This document shows positions 19,200 through 28,249 of a stretch of 32,000 bases of DNA, in pieces; the stretch's first letter is position 1; each line of letters starts with the position of its first letter. The notes under the pieces were generated by a model. The model was given only the letters and a program-made list of their open reading frames with translations. It ran no database searches and was not told the DNA's origin. Made by a program: the position numbers and the translations under genes. Source of the DNA: Methanothermobacter thermautotrophicus str. Delta H (lineage in GTDB: Archaea; Methanobacteriota; Methanobacteria; Methanobacteriales; Methanothermobacteraceae); NCBI RefSeq assembly GCF_000008645.1, contig NC_000916.1:1307357-1339356 (forward strand), in the 5' to 3' direction.

Positions 19200-19975
19200 C
19201 TATTCTCCGGAGATGTATACCAGTTTACCATCCCTGTAGACCCTCAGTTCACCCTCCTGGAATTCTTCCCATTTTTCATTGGTCAGAGGATTGCTTGCGA
19301 TGATGTAGCCCTCCTGGTCGGGTCTTTTCTCATGGGCAAGGTTTATCTCGTAGTCATCGTCCAGGAGTTTCACTTTATCATAGGGTGCCCTTCGGTGCAG
19401 CTGGCAGAGACCATTGTATCCGGCATGGTCATGGTAACAGAAGAGATGCCTGCCATCGGATAGAAGGCAGTTGAATGTTCCGCGCTGGTTTATATCCCGC
19501 AGGAGGTCCCATAGCCACCTGTATTCTGATTCATCCTTGAATGTAACCCCCTTTTCGCTGATCTGGTTCATGATATGGCAAAAGGCTATCTCAGAGTCAG
19601 TTTCACCTACTGGCCGGTATCTTCCGTCTTCCAGGTTAAATTCTGCATTTAGGGTGCCATTGTGGGCGAATACATATTCTCTACCGTCCCACTCCCTCTG
19701 GAAGGATGGGTATCCTTGTGGGAGATCTCTCCACTGCTTTTAGTCCGGACATGGGACATTATGATGCTGGATCTGATAAGGTTATAGCCCTCCATGATCT
19801 CCGCCATAATGCTTTTTCTGGATTTTACTGGCTCCTTATACACCTGGACGGATTTGTCCGGATAGAAGGCAAGCCCCCATCCGTGGGGGTTGCGCTCTGA
19901 TCTCATCCTGAAACCCCTCAAGGAGAAGGATGGCTGCACCTCCTGGTTGAAACACATTCCTAAAAGTTCACACAA
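19200..19975 (-). pseudogene. Class II (Ntn, YafJ-type) glutamine amidotransferase with TTG start and a net -1 frameshift near 19700-19706
   Basis: TTG at 19975 followed by CELLGMCFN places the nucleophile Cys at position 2, and GGGGGTGA lies 5 nt upstream. Frame A ends ...KDTHPSRGSG...*. The other frame continues (THP)FQREWDGREYVFAHNGTLNAEF... into ORF 19200-19571. Confidence 0.8.
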
Positions 19976-20336
19976 AACGTTCACCCCCATTCCAGTTGAT
20001 AACCGCGATTTGCAGTCCTTCAATGATATGATCATGGCCGGTGAGCCTGATCCTGATACAATATATGTTAAAAAAGGTTAATAAATGTTTACAAATTAAG
20101 ATTTGATATTATCAGTGAATGGATATACTTGAAGCGTGTCTGATGTTTTCTGGGTCCCCATGGTGGTCTCTGGATGAACATGGCTGAGGCACAATCCACC
20201 ATGGAGGTGACTCATGTTAATCAATGAAAAAAAGGGGCTTACGGTTGCGTGGAGAGGTGCTTTACTGTTTCAGTGGAGCCGGAATGCCGGCTAAATTATC
20301 TGGAACTGGAGTTTTCATCCCATATCCTGTTCCATA

Positions 20337-20921
20337 TTACAATTTGCCCTTCGTGCTTGGAATTTCCCCGTGTTCAACCCGGACAGCGTCCCGGATTGCA
20401 AGGGCAAGGGCCTTAAATAGAGCCTCGGCCTTGTGATGGTCGTTCCTTCCCCTCACGGAGGCGTGGATGTTCATGGCTGCAGATACCGCAAGGGACTCAA
20501 TGAAGTGTCCTATGTTCTGTGATTTCACATCACCTATCACAGCATCATCGAATTCCAGTTCAAGGACCGTATAGGGCCTTCCACTGAGGTCCAGGGCAAC
20601 GGTTGCAAGGGCATCATCCATTGGGACCATGGCATGGGCCATCCTCCTTATACCGCTCTTATCACCCAGGGCCTCCCTCAGGGCCTCCCCCAGTGTGAGG
20701 GCAACATCCTCAACGGTATGATGGTCGTCAACCTCCAGGTCACCCCTCGCCTCAACCTCCAGGTCAAGGAGTCCATGGCGTGCAACTGATTCAAGCATGT
20801 GGTCAAGGAATCCGAGACCGGTGTTCACGCTTGATTTTCCACTCCCGTCGATTTCAAGATCCACCTTCACATGGGTTTCAAGGGTTTCCCTCGTCTTCAT
20901 ACTTCTTCTCATAGTTATCAT
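20337..20921 (-). CDS. hisB: Imidazoleglycerol-phosphate dehydratase
   Basis: Carries the motifs RETLETHVKVDLEIDG, GFLDHMLESVARHG, DDHHTVEDVALTLGEA and RGRNDHHKAEALFKAL. The start is uncertain (20921, 20912 or 20900) and overlaps the ferredoxin 3' end. Confidence 0.9.
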   Translation of the reverse strand: MITMRRSMKTRETLETHVKVDLEIDGSGKSSVNTGLGFLDHMLESVARHGLLDLEVEARGDLEVDDHHTVEDVALTLGEALREALGDKSGIRRMAHAMVPMDDALATVALDLSGRPYTVLELEFDDAVIGDVKSQNIGHFIESLAVSAAMNIHASVRGRNDHHKAEALFKALALAIRDAVRVEHGEIPSTKGKL

Positions 20922-21129
20922 CCCTGATAATTCTTATGGCGCCCTCAGGACACTTACTTGCGCAGATCATGCACTGGTGGCAGAATTCAAGATTTGATGG
21001 GGTTGCAGGCTTCCCTCTCTGGATGGTCCATATCTTACCACCCTTGGGGCATGCCTCCCGGCACTCGCCACATGCTGTGCACTTATCTGGATCAACAATT
21101 ATCTTCAAGTGAACCACTCCCATCTTCAT
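20878..21129 (-). CDS. 2x[4Fe-4S] ferredoxin-like protein
   Basis: 83 aa with two Cys clusters, CTACGECREACP and CHQCMICASKCP. Confidence 0.8.
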   Translation of the reverse strand: MKMGVVHLKIIVDPDKCTACGECREACPKGGKIWTIQRGKPATPSNLEFCHQCMICASKCPEGAIRIIRDDNYEKKYEDEGNP

Positions 21130-21164
21130 GAAAGGTTAATGCGTTTTGAGATTATGTGAACACC

Positions 21165-21839
21165 TCATATCTTCAGGACGGTAACAGCAACTGCCTTAAA
21201 ACCGGCGTAGATCATTGTGCCCAGTTTAAGCTGGAGGTTCCTCTGTGAAGCCGGTGTTATATGGGTTTCAATTTCAAGTCCATCACCGGCGTCCACTCTG
21301 ACCCTTACGATGTCCCCCTTCATCTCAAGACCTGTCACCCTCCCCCTGATGATGTTCCTCATGCTTGTGACCTGCCTTTCCCTCATCAGGACAACATCGT
21401 CGGGTTCAACAAGGAGGATGACCCTGTCCCCGGCGGATACATCCTATGCACGGGCGGCATCAATGGTGAAACCCCCTACCACAACCCTGAGACCATCCGC
21501 TGAAACCTCCTTAACGACACCCTCAAGTTCATTCACAGTTCTCTGTCTTTCGAGGGCCCTCTTTAGTTTAAGGTACTCCTTGATGATCATCAGGCCTGTA
21601 TCTGTGAGCCTGCTGCCTCCACCACCTCCCCTTCCACCACGCCGGGTCTCCACTATGTTCTCGCCAAGGATATCCTCGACGTTCCGTATGTATGCAAGGG
21701 CGCTTCTGTAGGGAATTCCAGCATCCCTTGCTGCAACTGTTATGGAGCCCATCCTGTGGATGAGGTTGAGGAGCTTGAACATTCTCTCATCAACCGGAAC
21801 TTCAAGATCGTTGATAGGGATTCTACAGGCAAATCTCAT
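21165..21839 (-). pseudogene. modE: ModE-like molybdate-responsive regulator (N-terminal HTH + Mop/TOBE domains) interrupted by in-frame TAG (21444-21446, minus strand)
   Basis: The ModE N-domain reads LLNLIHRMGSITVAARDAGIPYRSALAYIRNVE...RRGGRGGGGSRLTDTG. Both track ORFs share one frame and read ...GGFTIDAARA-TAG-DVSAGDRVILLVEPDDVVLMRERQVTSMRNIIRGRV..., a TOBE-like region. Confidence 0.8.
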
Positions 21840-21883
21840 TGTAGAACCTATGGCGCCGGTTCTTTATATCTTTATGCCATCAA

Positions 21884-23439
21884 CTATCTCGCCCACCGGT
21901 CCATCAGATCAGCCATTCTTGCAACTGCACCACTGAGGGGCCCCATCCTTGCACCTAACCTTCGAATGAGCCTCACATCCCTCTTCTCAACACCACCGAC
22001 AAGGAGAATGCTCAGACCATAAACCAGGGGAGCGAAGATGATGGCTGCAAGGAGGCCTGGGATGTTCTGGGGGAGCAGAATCATGAAACCACCCATAACC
22101 CCGGATGCAGTGGCTATCCTGATGAACGCCATCCCTGGAAGCTTCACACCTGTTATCTGTGTGGTCTTCCACAGGATTATGATCATTATAATTAGGGCTG
22201 CAAGGGTTGTTGCAAGGGCCCCTCCCTCGATCCCGAGCATGGGTACAAGGGCAACGTTGAGTACAAGGTTTATGATGGTCCCACCCACCAGGACATACAT
22301 GGGGAGGCGGGGGTACCCTATCCCCTGGGCTATGCTTGATGATATCATGAAGAGGGTGTAGAAGCTCATACCCACCACGAGTATGCTGAGGGCCCCAGCC
22401 CCAAAGATGAAGTCCCTCCCAAAGAGGAGTTCAAGGAGGGGCCCTGAGAACACGGCTATACCCACACACATTGGCAGCACAAGGAGGGTCACGACCCGGT
22501 ATGACTGGACAATGTAGGTCTCAAGGAGATTCTGATCCTTCAGGGCGAATGCTTCAGAGGCTGCTGGAAGTACAGCCGTGGCTACAGACATTGATATCAC
22601 AAGAGGGAGCCTTGCAACAGGATCGGCGGCGGTGTAGTACCCCACCGAGGTTGTTGCCATGAAGTATCCTATTACGAATACGCTTATGTCGTATATGGCC
22701 ATCTCAGAGAGGGCGGTTATTATGACCGGGATCGAGAAGGATATCAGGGTCTTGACAAGTCCAAGTTCCTCCCTGAGGCCCAGTCTCTTTTCGGGTGGGG
22801 CGGGCGGAAAGTAACTGTTTATCAGTCTGCGAAAGATGATTATGGCTGAGATGGCTGATGCAAGGAACCCCATGGAGGTGCCAATGACCGCCCCGGCTGC
22901 ATAGAAACCTGCCATGACGAATACAACAGCCATTGTTATCATGAAAACCTGCTCAACAGCCCTTGTAATCACGACGTATTCCATGCGGTATATGCCCTGA
23001 AATGCTCCACGGAATGCCCCAACAATGACACTGAATGGTGTTATGAGGGCAACCGCCTGGAGGGGGTACTGGGCCGCTGGTTTGTGGAAGAAATCATTTG
23101 CAAGCCAGGGGCAGTGAAAAACATGACCAGGGAAAAGGCTATACCCAGGAATATCATCACCTTTAGGGATGTCACAACGACCTGGCGCGCCATCTCCTCC
23201 TCATTCAGAGCCCTATGCTGGGCCACGTACTTTGCAATGGCTGGAGGAAGGCCCCCCGCTGCCAGTATCTGGAATATTCCCTGGAAGGGGAGTGTGAGTC
23301 CAAGCAAACCGTAGCCCTCGGGTCCAAGCAGACGCGTCATGAGCACCCTGTAGATGTAGCCCCCGACCCTGAACAGGAGGTTGCCTATCATTATAAGGAA
23401 ACTGCCCTTTAGAAGTTTGGATGTGCCTGAAGATGCCAT
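21884..23439 (-). pseudogene. MOP-superfamily polysaccharide/lipid-linked oligosaccharide flippase (Wzx/MurJ-like) with a net -1 frameshift at the G4/C4 run 23108-23111
   Basis: The N-terminal ORF ends ...VMFFTAPGLQMISS...*. The alternative frame reads (TAP)WLANDFFHKPAAQYPLQAVALITPFSVIVGAFRGAFQGIYRMEYVVITR and runs directly into ORF 21884-22984. The product is polytopic throughout. Confidence 0.8.
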
Positions 23440-23469
23440 TGAATCACCAGAAATAAAGAGTTGACGGAT

Positions 23470-24081
23470 TTAAATAAATTCCGAATAAAAAAGAATTTCA
23501 GGGTCCTTCAGAGTCCAGGAACCTTTTAAACATGCCCAGGGTCTTTTTGAGGGTTTTGAATCCATATGAGTCCTCTTTAACACCTCAAGGGTGTCCCTTG
23601 ACCAGAAACAGGCCCCCAGATTTGCACCGAAGGAACCTCCACTTACGGGTATGACGCCGTTGAGTATGTAGAAGGTGTGGATCTGCATGAGGGCTGGCTC
23701 CTGCCCCCCGCATCTATCACCACCAACAGCTATACCCATACCAACCTTCCCGCGGAGGGAGTCATAGTCTTCAGCACCCAGTGCCCGGCAACGATCCATG
23801 ATGGCCTTTATCTGGGCGCTGACACCTCCATTGTACACGGGGGTTGCAATTATGATCCCGGCGGCCCTCCGGAGTAGTTCATATAGGGGGAACATGTCAT
23901 CCTTCAGCACACATTCCTTATTCCTCAGGCAGTAATCACAGTGTCTGCAGGGGGAGATGTTCTTACCCCTCACCGTGAAGAACTCTGTCTCAAGGCCATC
24001 ATCCTCAAGCATTGAGAGGGCCCTTTCAAGGACATGTTCTGTTGCCTGCTTCCTGGGGCTTCCACATATACCGAGTATCAT
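23470..24081 (-). CDS. Iron-sulfur flavoprotein / NADPH-dependent FMN reductase family (Isf-like); C-terminus altered by a probable -1 frameshift near 23583-23586
   Basis: Carries the compact Cys motif CRHCDYCLRNKEC and a flavodoxin-like core (IIIATPVYNGGVSAQIKA). After ...SRDTLE the alternative frame reads GVKEDSYGFKTLKKTLGMFKRFLDSEGP* with a stop at 23498-23500. This looks more protein-like than the current tail. Confidence 0.75.
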   Translation of the reverse strand: MILGICGSPRKQATEHVLERALSMLEDDGLETEFFTVRGKNISPCRHCDYCLRNKECVLKDDMFPLYELLRRAAGIIIATPVYNGGVSAQIKAIMDRCRALGAEDYDSLRGKVGMGIAVGGDRCGGQEPALMQIHTFYILNGVIPVSGGSFGANLGACFWSRDTLEVLKRTHMDSKPSKRPWACLKGSWTLKDPEILFYSEFI

Positions 24082-24097
24082 GCAACCCCCTCCAGTT

Positions 24098-25318
24098 CTA
24101 GATTGCTTCGTCCTCGTCGAGGGGCAGTCTCATGGTGTCGGGGTCCTGGGGCATGTGCTCAAGGAAGTCCTCTGCAGCCCTCCTGACGTCCCTTGATCCT
24201 ATTATGTACCTGCCAACGACTATTATGTCTGCGCCGCTGTCAAGGGCCTCCTGCATCTTTGAGGGTGTTATTCCCCCTGCCACTGCCACAAGGCCCCTGG
24301 GTCCAAGGATCTCCTTTATCTCCCTGATGTTACCCCATTCACTCATTTCACCAAGTTCCTCTCCACGTTCAGCTCTGAGGGTTTCAAGGTCAACGTTTCT
24401 GTGGAGGAGAACAATGTCGGGTTTGTATTTGAGTCCCCTGAGTTTATCGACGAAGTTTTCAACGTTCATCATGTCAAGTATGGAGTAGATTCCCTGTTTC
24501 TGGGCCTCGTGGATGGCCTTTTCAATGGACTCAACTGTCCCGAGGCCTGATATTGCAACGGCGTCCGCAGTTTCATCTGCAGCCATTTTGACCTCTATCC
24601 TTCCAACATCCAGGGTTTTGAGGTCCGCTATTATGAAGGCATCCCTTCTAAGCTCCCTTATCCTCCTGACAACACCCACACCGAATTTCTTGACAAGGGG
24701 TGTTCCAGCTTCAAGCAGTATACGCTCCCTGTCAGGAAGGGTGTTGATGATCCTCTCCATCTCCTCCATGCTATCGAGGTCAAGGGCAACCTGCAGGTAT
24801 GGGGGGTTCCAGAGCCTCACGGCCCTGAAGCCCATTATGGGATGGCTTCCGCGGTCCTTTTCACTGAGGACCTTTCTGACTGATGGGTAGCCCTCCATGG
24901 CCCTTCTGAGGGCAAGCTTGGTTGCTCCGTAGTTGTACTGGTATATCTTCCTGTAGTCCTCTGCCTCAGGGTGTATGAATACGCTGACTATAACAACCAG
25001 GTCTTCAGCCTTTTCCTCGGGGATTATGCCCTCCTCAACGGAATCAGCAACTGCACGTGCCACTGCTGTCTGGGCAGGACCAAATACCTTATCGGCATCC
25101 TCAAGGCAGCTCACCGTGACCTTTGGCACGATGAGTGTGGCGGGCTTGGTCATGAGGTTGGGTCTTACGACTGATAGAAGTGGGGTGTGACCCAGTGAAA
25201 GGTTTGTGAGACCATTTGCGAAGGCGGCCCCTGCGTTTCCCTCCTTATCCCCTATGATGAGATCTATATGCGCGACTTCGTTGCCGCTTCCTATGAGTGC
25301 TTCACCTATTCTGTACAT
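24098..25318 (-). CDS. fae-hps: Bifunctional formaldehyde-activating enzyme / 3-hexulose-6-phosphate synthase
   Basis: The Fae domain starts [23 protein letters not shown]. The Hps/OMPDC-like domain carries PYLQVALDL...LEAGTPL...[14 protein letters not shown] lies 7 nt upstream of ATG 25318. The track's 24-codon N-terminal extension is not supported. Confidence 0.9.
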
Positions 25319-25405
25319 TAAAATCCTCCTATGTGGTCTGGTTTCCTGCTGGTTCTTCAGGTTCAGATGTTTCTGTGCTGTTTTCAGCACTGCTTGTGTT
25401 TGTTT

Positions 25406-25615
25406 TTATCTTCTTGGTGGTGGTTTTTGTGTTTGTCGGTGCTGACCGGTGCCGGGGAATTCATTTGCAAAACTCATATCTGTTGTTGCATTATCTGACC
25501 AATCCAGCTGGGTTACATTCTGGTCCTGGGCCCCCAGGTACAGGGCAACATTGAAACCAACCATCAGTGATATGATGAGAACCATGGCACCGATAACTAT
25601 GTTCCTGTAGTCCAT
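25406..25615 (-). CDS. Small single-pass membrane protein, hypothetical
   Basis: ATG at 25615 with GGTGAT 4 nt upstream. MDYRNIVIGAMVLIISLMVGFNVALYL forms a TM helix. The polar tail is low-complexity, so its 3' end and frame are uncertain. Confidence 0.4.
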   Translation of the reverse strand: MDYRNIVIGAMVLIISLMVGFNVALYLGAQDQNVTQLDWSDNATTDMSFANEFPGTGQHRQTQKPPPRR

Positions 25616-25752
25616 CAGATCACCTTGATGAGATTGATATAAATTAATTTTAGTGTAGGTGATGATGGTATTTATATCTATTGAAGCGGCCATCACCGTT
25701 TCTGGATGGCTCCGGGAGAAAAAAATCAGTAGGGGTGAGGTGGTGGAGGGGT

Positions 25753-27042
25753 TTAGATTTTACCCTCCAGGTAGTCACCGTATCCCTTAAGGTCGAGGAG
25801 GCCATGGCCTGAGAAACTGATAACTATGGTCTTCTCTTCACCGGTTTCCCGGCACTTGCGTGCTTCATCGATTGCCACACTTATGGCATGGCATGTTTCC
25901 GGGGCCGGCACAACACCCTCTGCCTTTGCAAACTTGACGCCGCTCTCGAATATGGTGTGCTGGGGAACGGCCCTGGCATTGATCACACCCTCCCTCACGA
26001 GGAGTGCGACCTGGGGTGACATTCCATGGTACCTGAGGCCACCGGCATGGACGGATGGGGGTACAAAGTCGTGGCCGAGGGTGTACATCTTGAGGAGCGG
26101 GGTCATGCCTGCAGTGTCACCGAAGTCGTAGCGGTACTCTCCGGCTGTGAGTGTTGGGCATGACTTTGGCTCTGCAGCAATGAATTCACAGTCCAGCTTA
26201 CCATCAAGCTTGTCCTTCACGAAGGGGAAGATGGCCCCCCCGAAGTTGCTGCCCCCTCCAACGCACCCTATCATGATGTCTGGTGTTTCACCTGCGATTT
26301 CAAGCTGTTTCTTTGTCTCAAGACCTATTACGGTCTGGTGAAGGAGCACATGGTTAAGTACACTTCCAAGGGAGTAGTAGACGTTTTCTTCCTGGAGAGC
26401 CTCCTCCATGGCCTCAGATATGGCTATACCCAGGGATCCGGGATGTTCGGGGTCCTCCTTGAGCATCCTGCGACCAAATTCTGTGTGATTGCTTGGGGAT
26501 GGTACAACCTCACCACCGTATAGCTGCATTATGGTTTTTCTGAAGGGTTTCTGGTTGAAGGATACTCTGACCATGTAGACCTTGCACTGGAGGTCCATCA
26601 GTGAGCAGGCAAGGGAGAGGGCTGTTCCCCACTGCCCTGCACCGGTCTCTGTTGTTAATCTCTCTGCACCATCCTTCCGGGCATAGTATGCCTGGGCTAT
26701 GGCGGTGTTCAGTTTATGGCTCCCTGTGGGGGAATAGTCTTCCCTCTTGTAGTATATCCTTGCCGGAGTGTCCAGCATCTCCTCAAGGCCCTTTGCCCTG
26801 AATAGTGGTGTGGGCCTTCCAATCATCTTATAGACGTCCATGACCTCCCTGGGAATCTTTATCCATCTCTCCATGGACATCTCCTGCTCAAGCACTCCCC
26901 TTGAGAATACCCTTGGCAGGTTTTCAATGTTCTTCCCACCCTCAGGGTTTTTTGGTTCTGGTAGTGGTGAGGGAAGGTCCGGGTTAATGTTGTACCACTT
27001 CTTTGGTATTTCATTTTCATCAAGAACGATCTTATTCATCAT
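25753..27042 (-). CDS. trpB2: Tryptophan synthase beta-subunit paralogue, TrpB2 type
   Basis: 429 aa with the TrpB2-type N-terminal extension ([19 protein letters not shown]), the PLP lysine region ([14 protein letters not shown]) and [15 protein letters not shown] lies upstream of the ATG. Confidence 0.9.
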   Translation of the reverse strand: MMNKIVLDENEIPKKWYNINPDLPSPLPEPKNPEGGKNIENLPRVFSRGVLEQEMSMERWIKIPREVMDVYKMIGRPTPLFRAKGLEEMLDTPARIYYKREDYSPTGSHKLNTAIAQAYYARKDGAERLTTETGAGQWGTALSLACSLMDLQCKVYMVRVSFNQKPFRKTIMQLYGGEVVPSPSNHTEFGRRMLKEDPEHPGSLGIAISEAMEEALQEENVYYSLGSVLNHVLLHQTVIGLETKKQLEIAGETPDIMIGCVGGGSNFGGAIFPFVKDKLDGKLDCEFIAAEPKSCPTLTAGEYRYDFGDTAGMTPLLKMYTLGHDFVPPSVHAGGLRYHGMSPQVALLVREGVINARAVPQHTIFESGVKFAKAEGVVPAPETCHAISVAIDEARKCRETGEEKTIVISFSGHGLLDLKGYGDYLEGKI

Positions 27043-27130
27043 ATCACCTCATGGCTGGAACTGGTCCCTACTGATGAAATCATCATTTCCATGCAGTAAG
27101 ATATCTTTAAAGAACTATTTAAAACTTTAC

Positions 27131-27146
27131 TGTACATATATGTACA
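27131..27146. promoter_or_regulatory. Two TGTACA 'TRP boxes' forming a perfect 16-bp palindrome (TGTACATATATGTACA); candidate TrpY operator of trpB2
   Basis: The palindrome was read directly. It lies 89-104 nt upstream of the trpB2 ATG and next to TATA-like TTTAAATA. TGTACA is the published TrpY-binding consensus in M. thermautotrophicus. Confidence 0.6.
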
Positions 27147-27190
27147 TCAAAGGGAATGGTTAATAAACAGTGATGAGATATGTTTCCCAC

Positions 27191-28206
27191 ATGAAAATAC
27201 TTGCAGTTGATGTGGGGGCCGGAACCCAGGATATAATGTACCATGACACGGGGATCGACAGGATAGAGAACTCCCTGAAGATGGTAATGCCCTCACCAAC
27301 AAGGATAATTGCAGGGAGAATCCGGGGGATCAGTGGCGATGTCTTTATCAGTGGACAGACAATGGGCGGGGGCCCGGTTACACGTGCAATACTTGAACAC
27401 ATCGGAGCCGGAAACCGGGTGGTCATGACACCTGAAGCAGCCAGGACAGTCAGGGATGATCCTGAAAGGGTCATGGCCATGGGAATAGAGATATCAGAGG
27501 AAAACCCGGGACTTCAGAGCATTGAATTCAGGGACGTAGACCTTGAGGCCATAAGAGGGGCACTTGCATGCTTTGACGTTGATCTGGACTTTGATTTGCT
27601 GGGTGTTGCTGTACAGGACCACGGGGCCGGGGGTGATATGGGTGATAGGAACTTCAGATTCATGAAGATCAGGGAGAAATTATCCGTACCCATCCCCCCG
27701 GAGGAGTTCTCCTACCTGGGAGACGTCCCTGAGTACTTCACAAGGATGAAGTCCATTGAGAAGGCCATCAGACACCCCACCCTCATCATGGATTCAAAGT
27801 TCGCCTCAGTGACCGGGGCACTCATGGATCCTGCAGTCAGTTCAGATGAGCCGATTGTCGTGGTGGACGTGGGAAATGGACACACCCTGGCAGCCAGCAT
27901 CCTTGAAGGGAGGATACATGGTGTCATGGAGCACCACACCCGCATGCTCTCACCGGCTAAACTCGAGGACTTCATTATAAGGCTCTGCCTGGGTGAGCTG
28001 ACCCACGGTGAAATCCATGGAGATGGCGGTCACGGTGCCCATGTCATTGATGCTGTTGGCGAACCGGTCAAGGTGGTTGCAACCGGTCCCAGAGGGGCAT
28101 ACTTGACGGTATAGACCTTGATGTCCACCATGCAGCACCGGCGGGGGATGTTATGATGACAGGACCCGTGGGTCTCATAAGGAGTATTGAGTATAGGGTG
28201 AGTTGA
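27191..28206 (+). pseudogene. ASKHA-fold (actin/sugar-kinase-like ATPase) protein, DUF1786-like, with a net -1 frameshift at the G4 run 28094-28097
   Basis: The N-terminus MKILAVDVGAGTQDIMYHD is an ASKHA phosphate-1 motif. The current ORF ends ...ATGPRGAYLTV*. The alternative frame continues GILDGIDLDVHHAAPAGDVMMTGPVGLIRSIEYRVS* to a stop at 28204-28206. Alternative starts lie at 27170 and 27173. Confidence 0.6.
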
Positions 28207-28245
28207 TGTTTGTGTTGTTTTGCTGGAGTATTGAGTACAGGGTGA
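28181..28245 (+). repeat. 21-bp direct repeat (one mismatch) with 44-bp period, bridging the DUF1786-like 3' end and the PHP gene start
   Basis: 28181-28201 reads GGAGTATTGAGTATAGGGTGA. 28225-28245 reads GGAGTATTGAGTACAGGGTGA. Confidence 0.85.
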
Positions 28246-28249
28246 TGGG

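Noticed and set aside
5134-21446. The two in-frame TAG codons could indicate amber recoding (pyrrolysine-type) or programmed readthrough.
   Set aside because: There are only two cases and no pyl genes in the window. Methanobacteriales are not known to encode pyrrolysine. The same window carries six plain frameshifts, so ordinary lesions or sequence errors explain the TAGs more simply.
25319-25390. A 24-codon N-terminal extension of fae-hps ([24 protein letters not shown]) appears in the track.
   Set aside because: A strong AGGAGG lies 7 nt upstream of the internal ATG at 25318, and Fae proteins begin at MYRIGEAL. The extension is low-complexity leader sequence.
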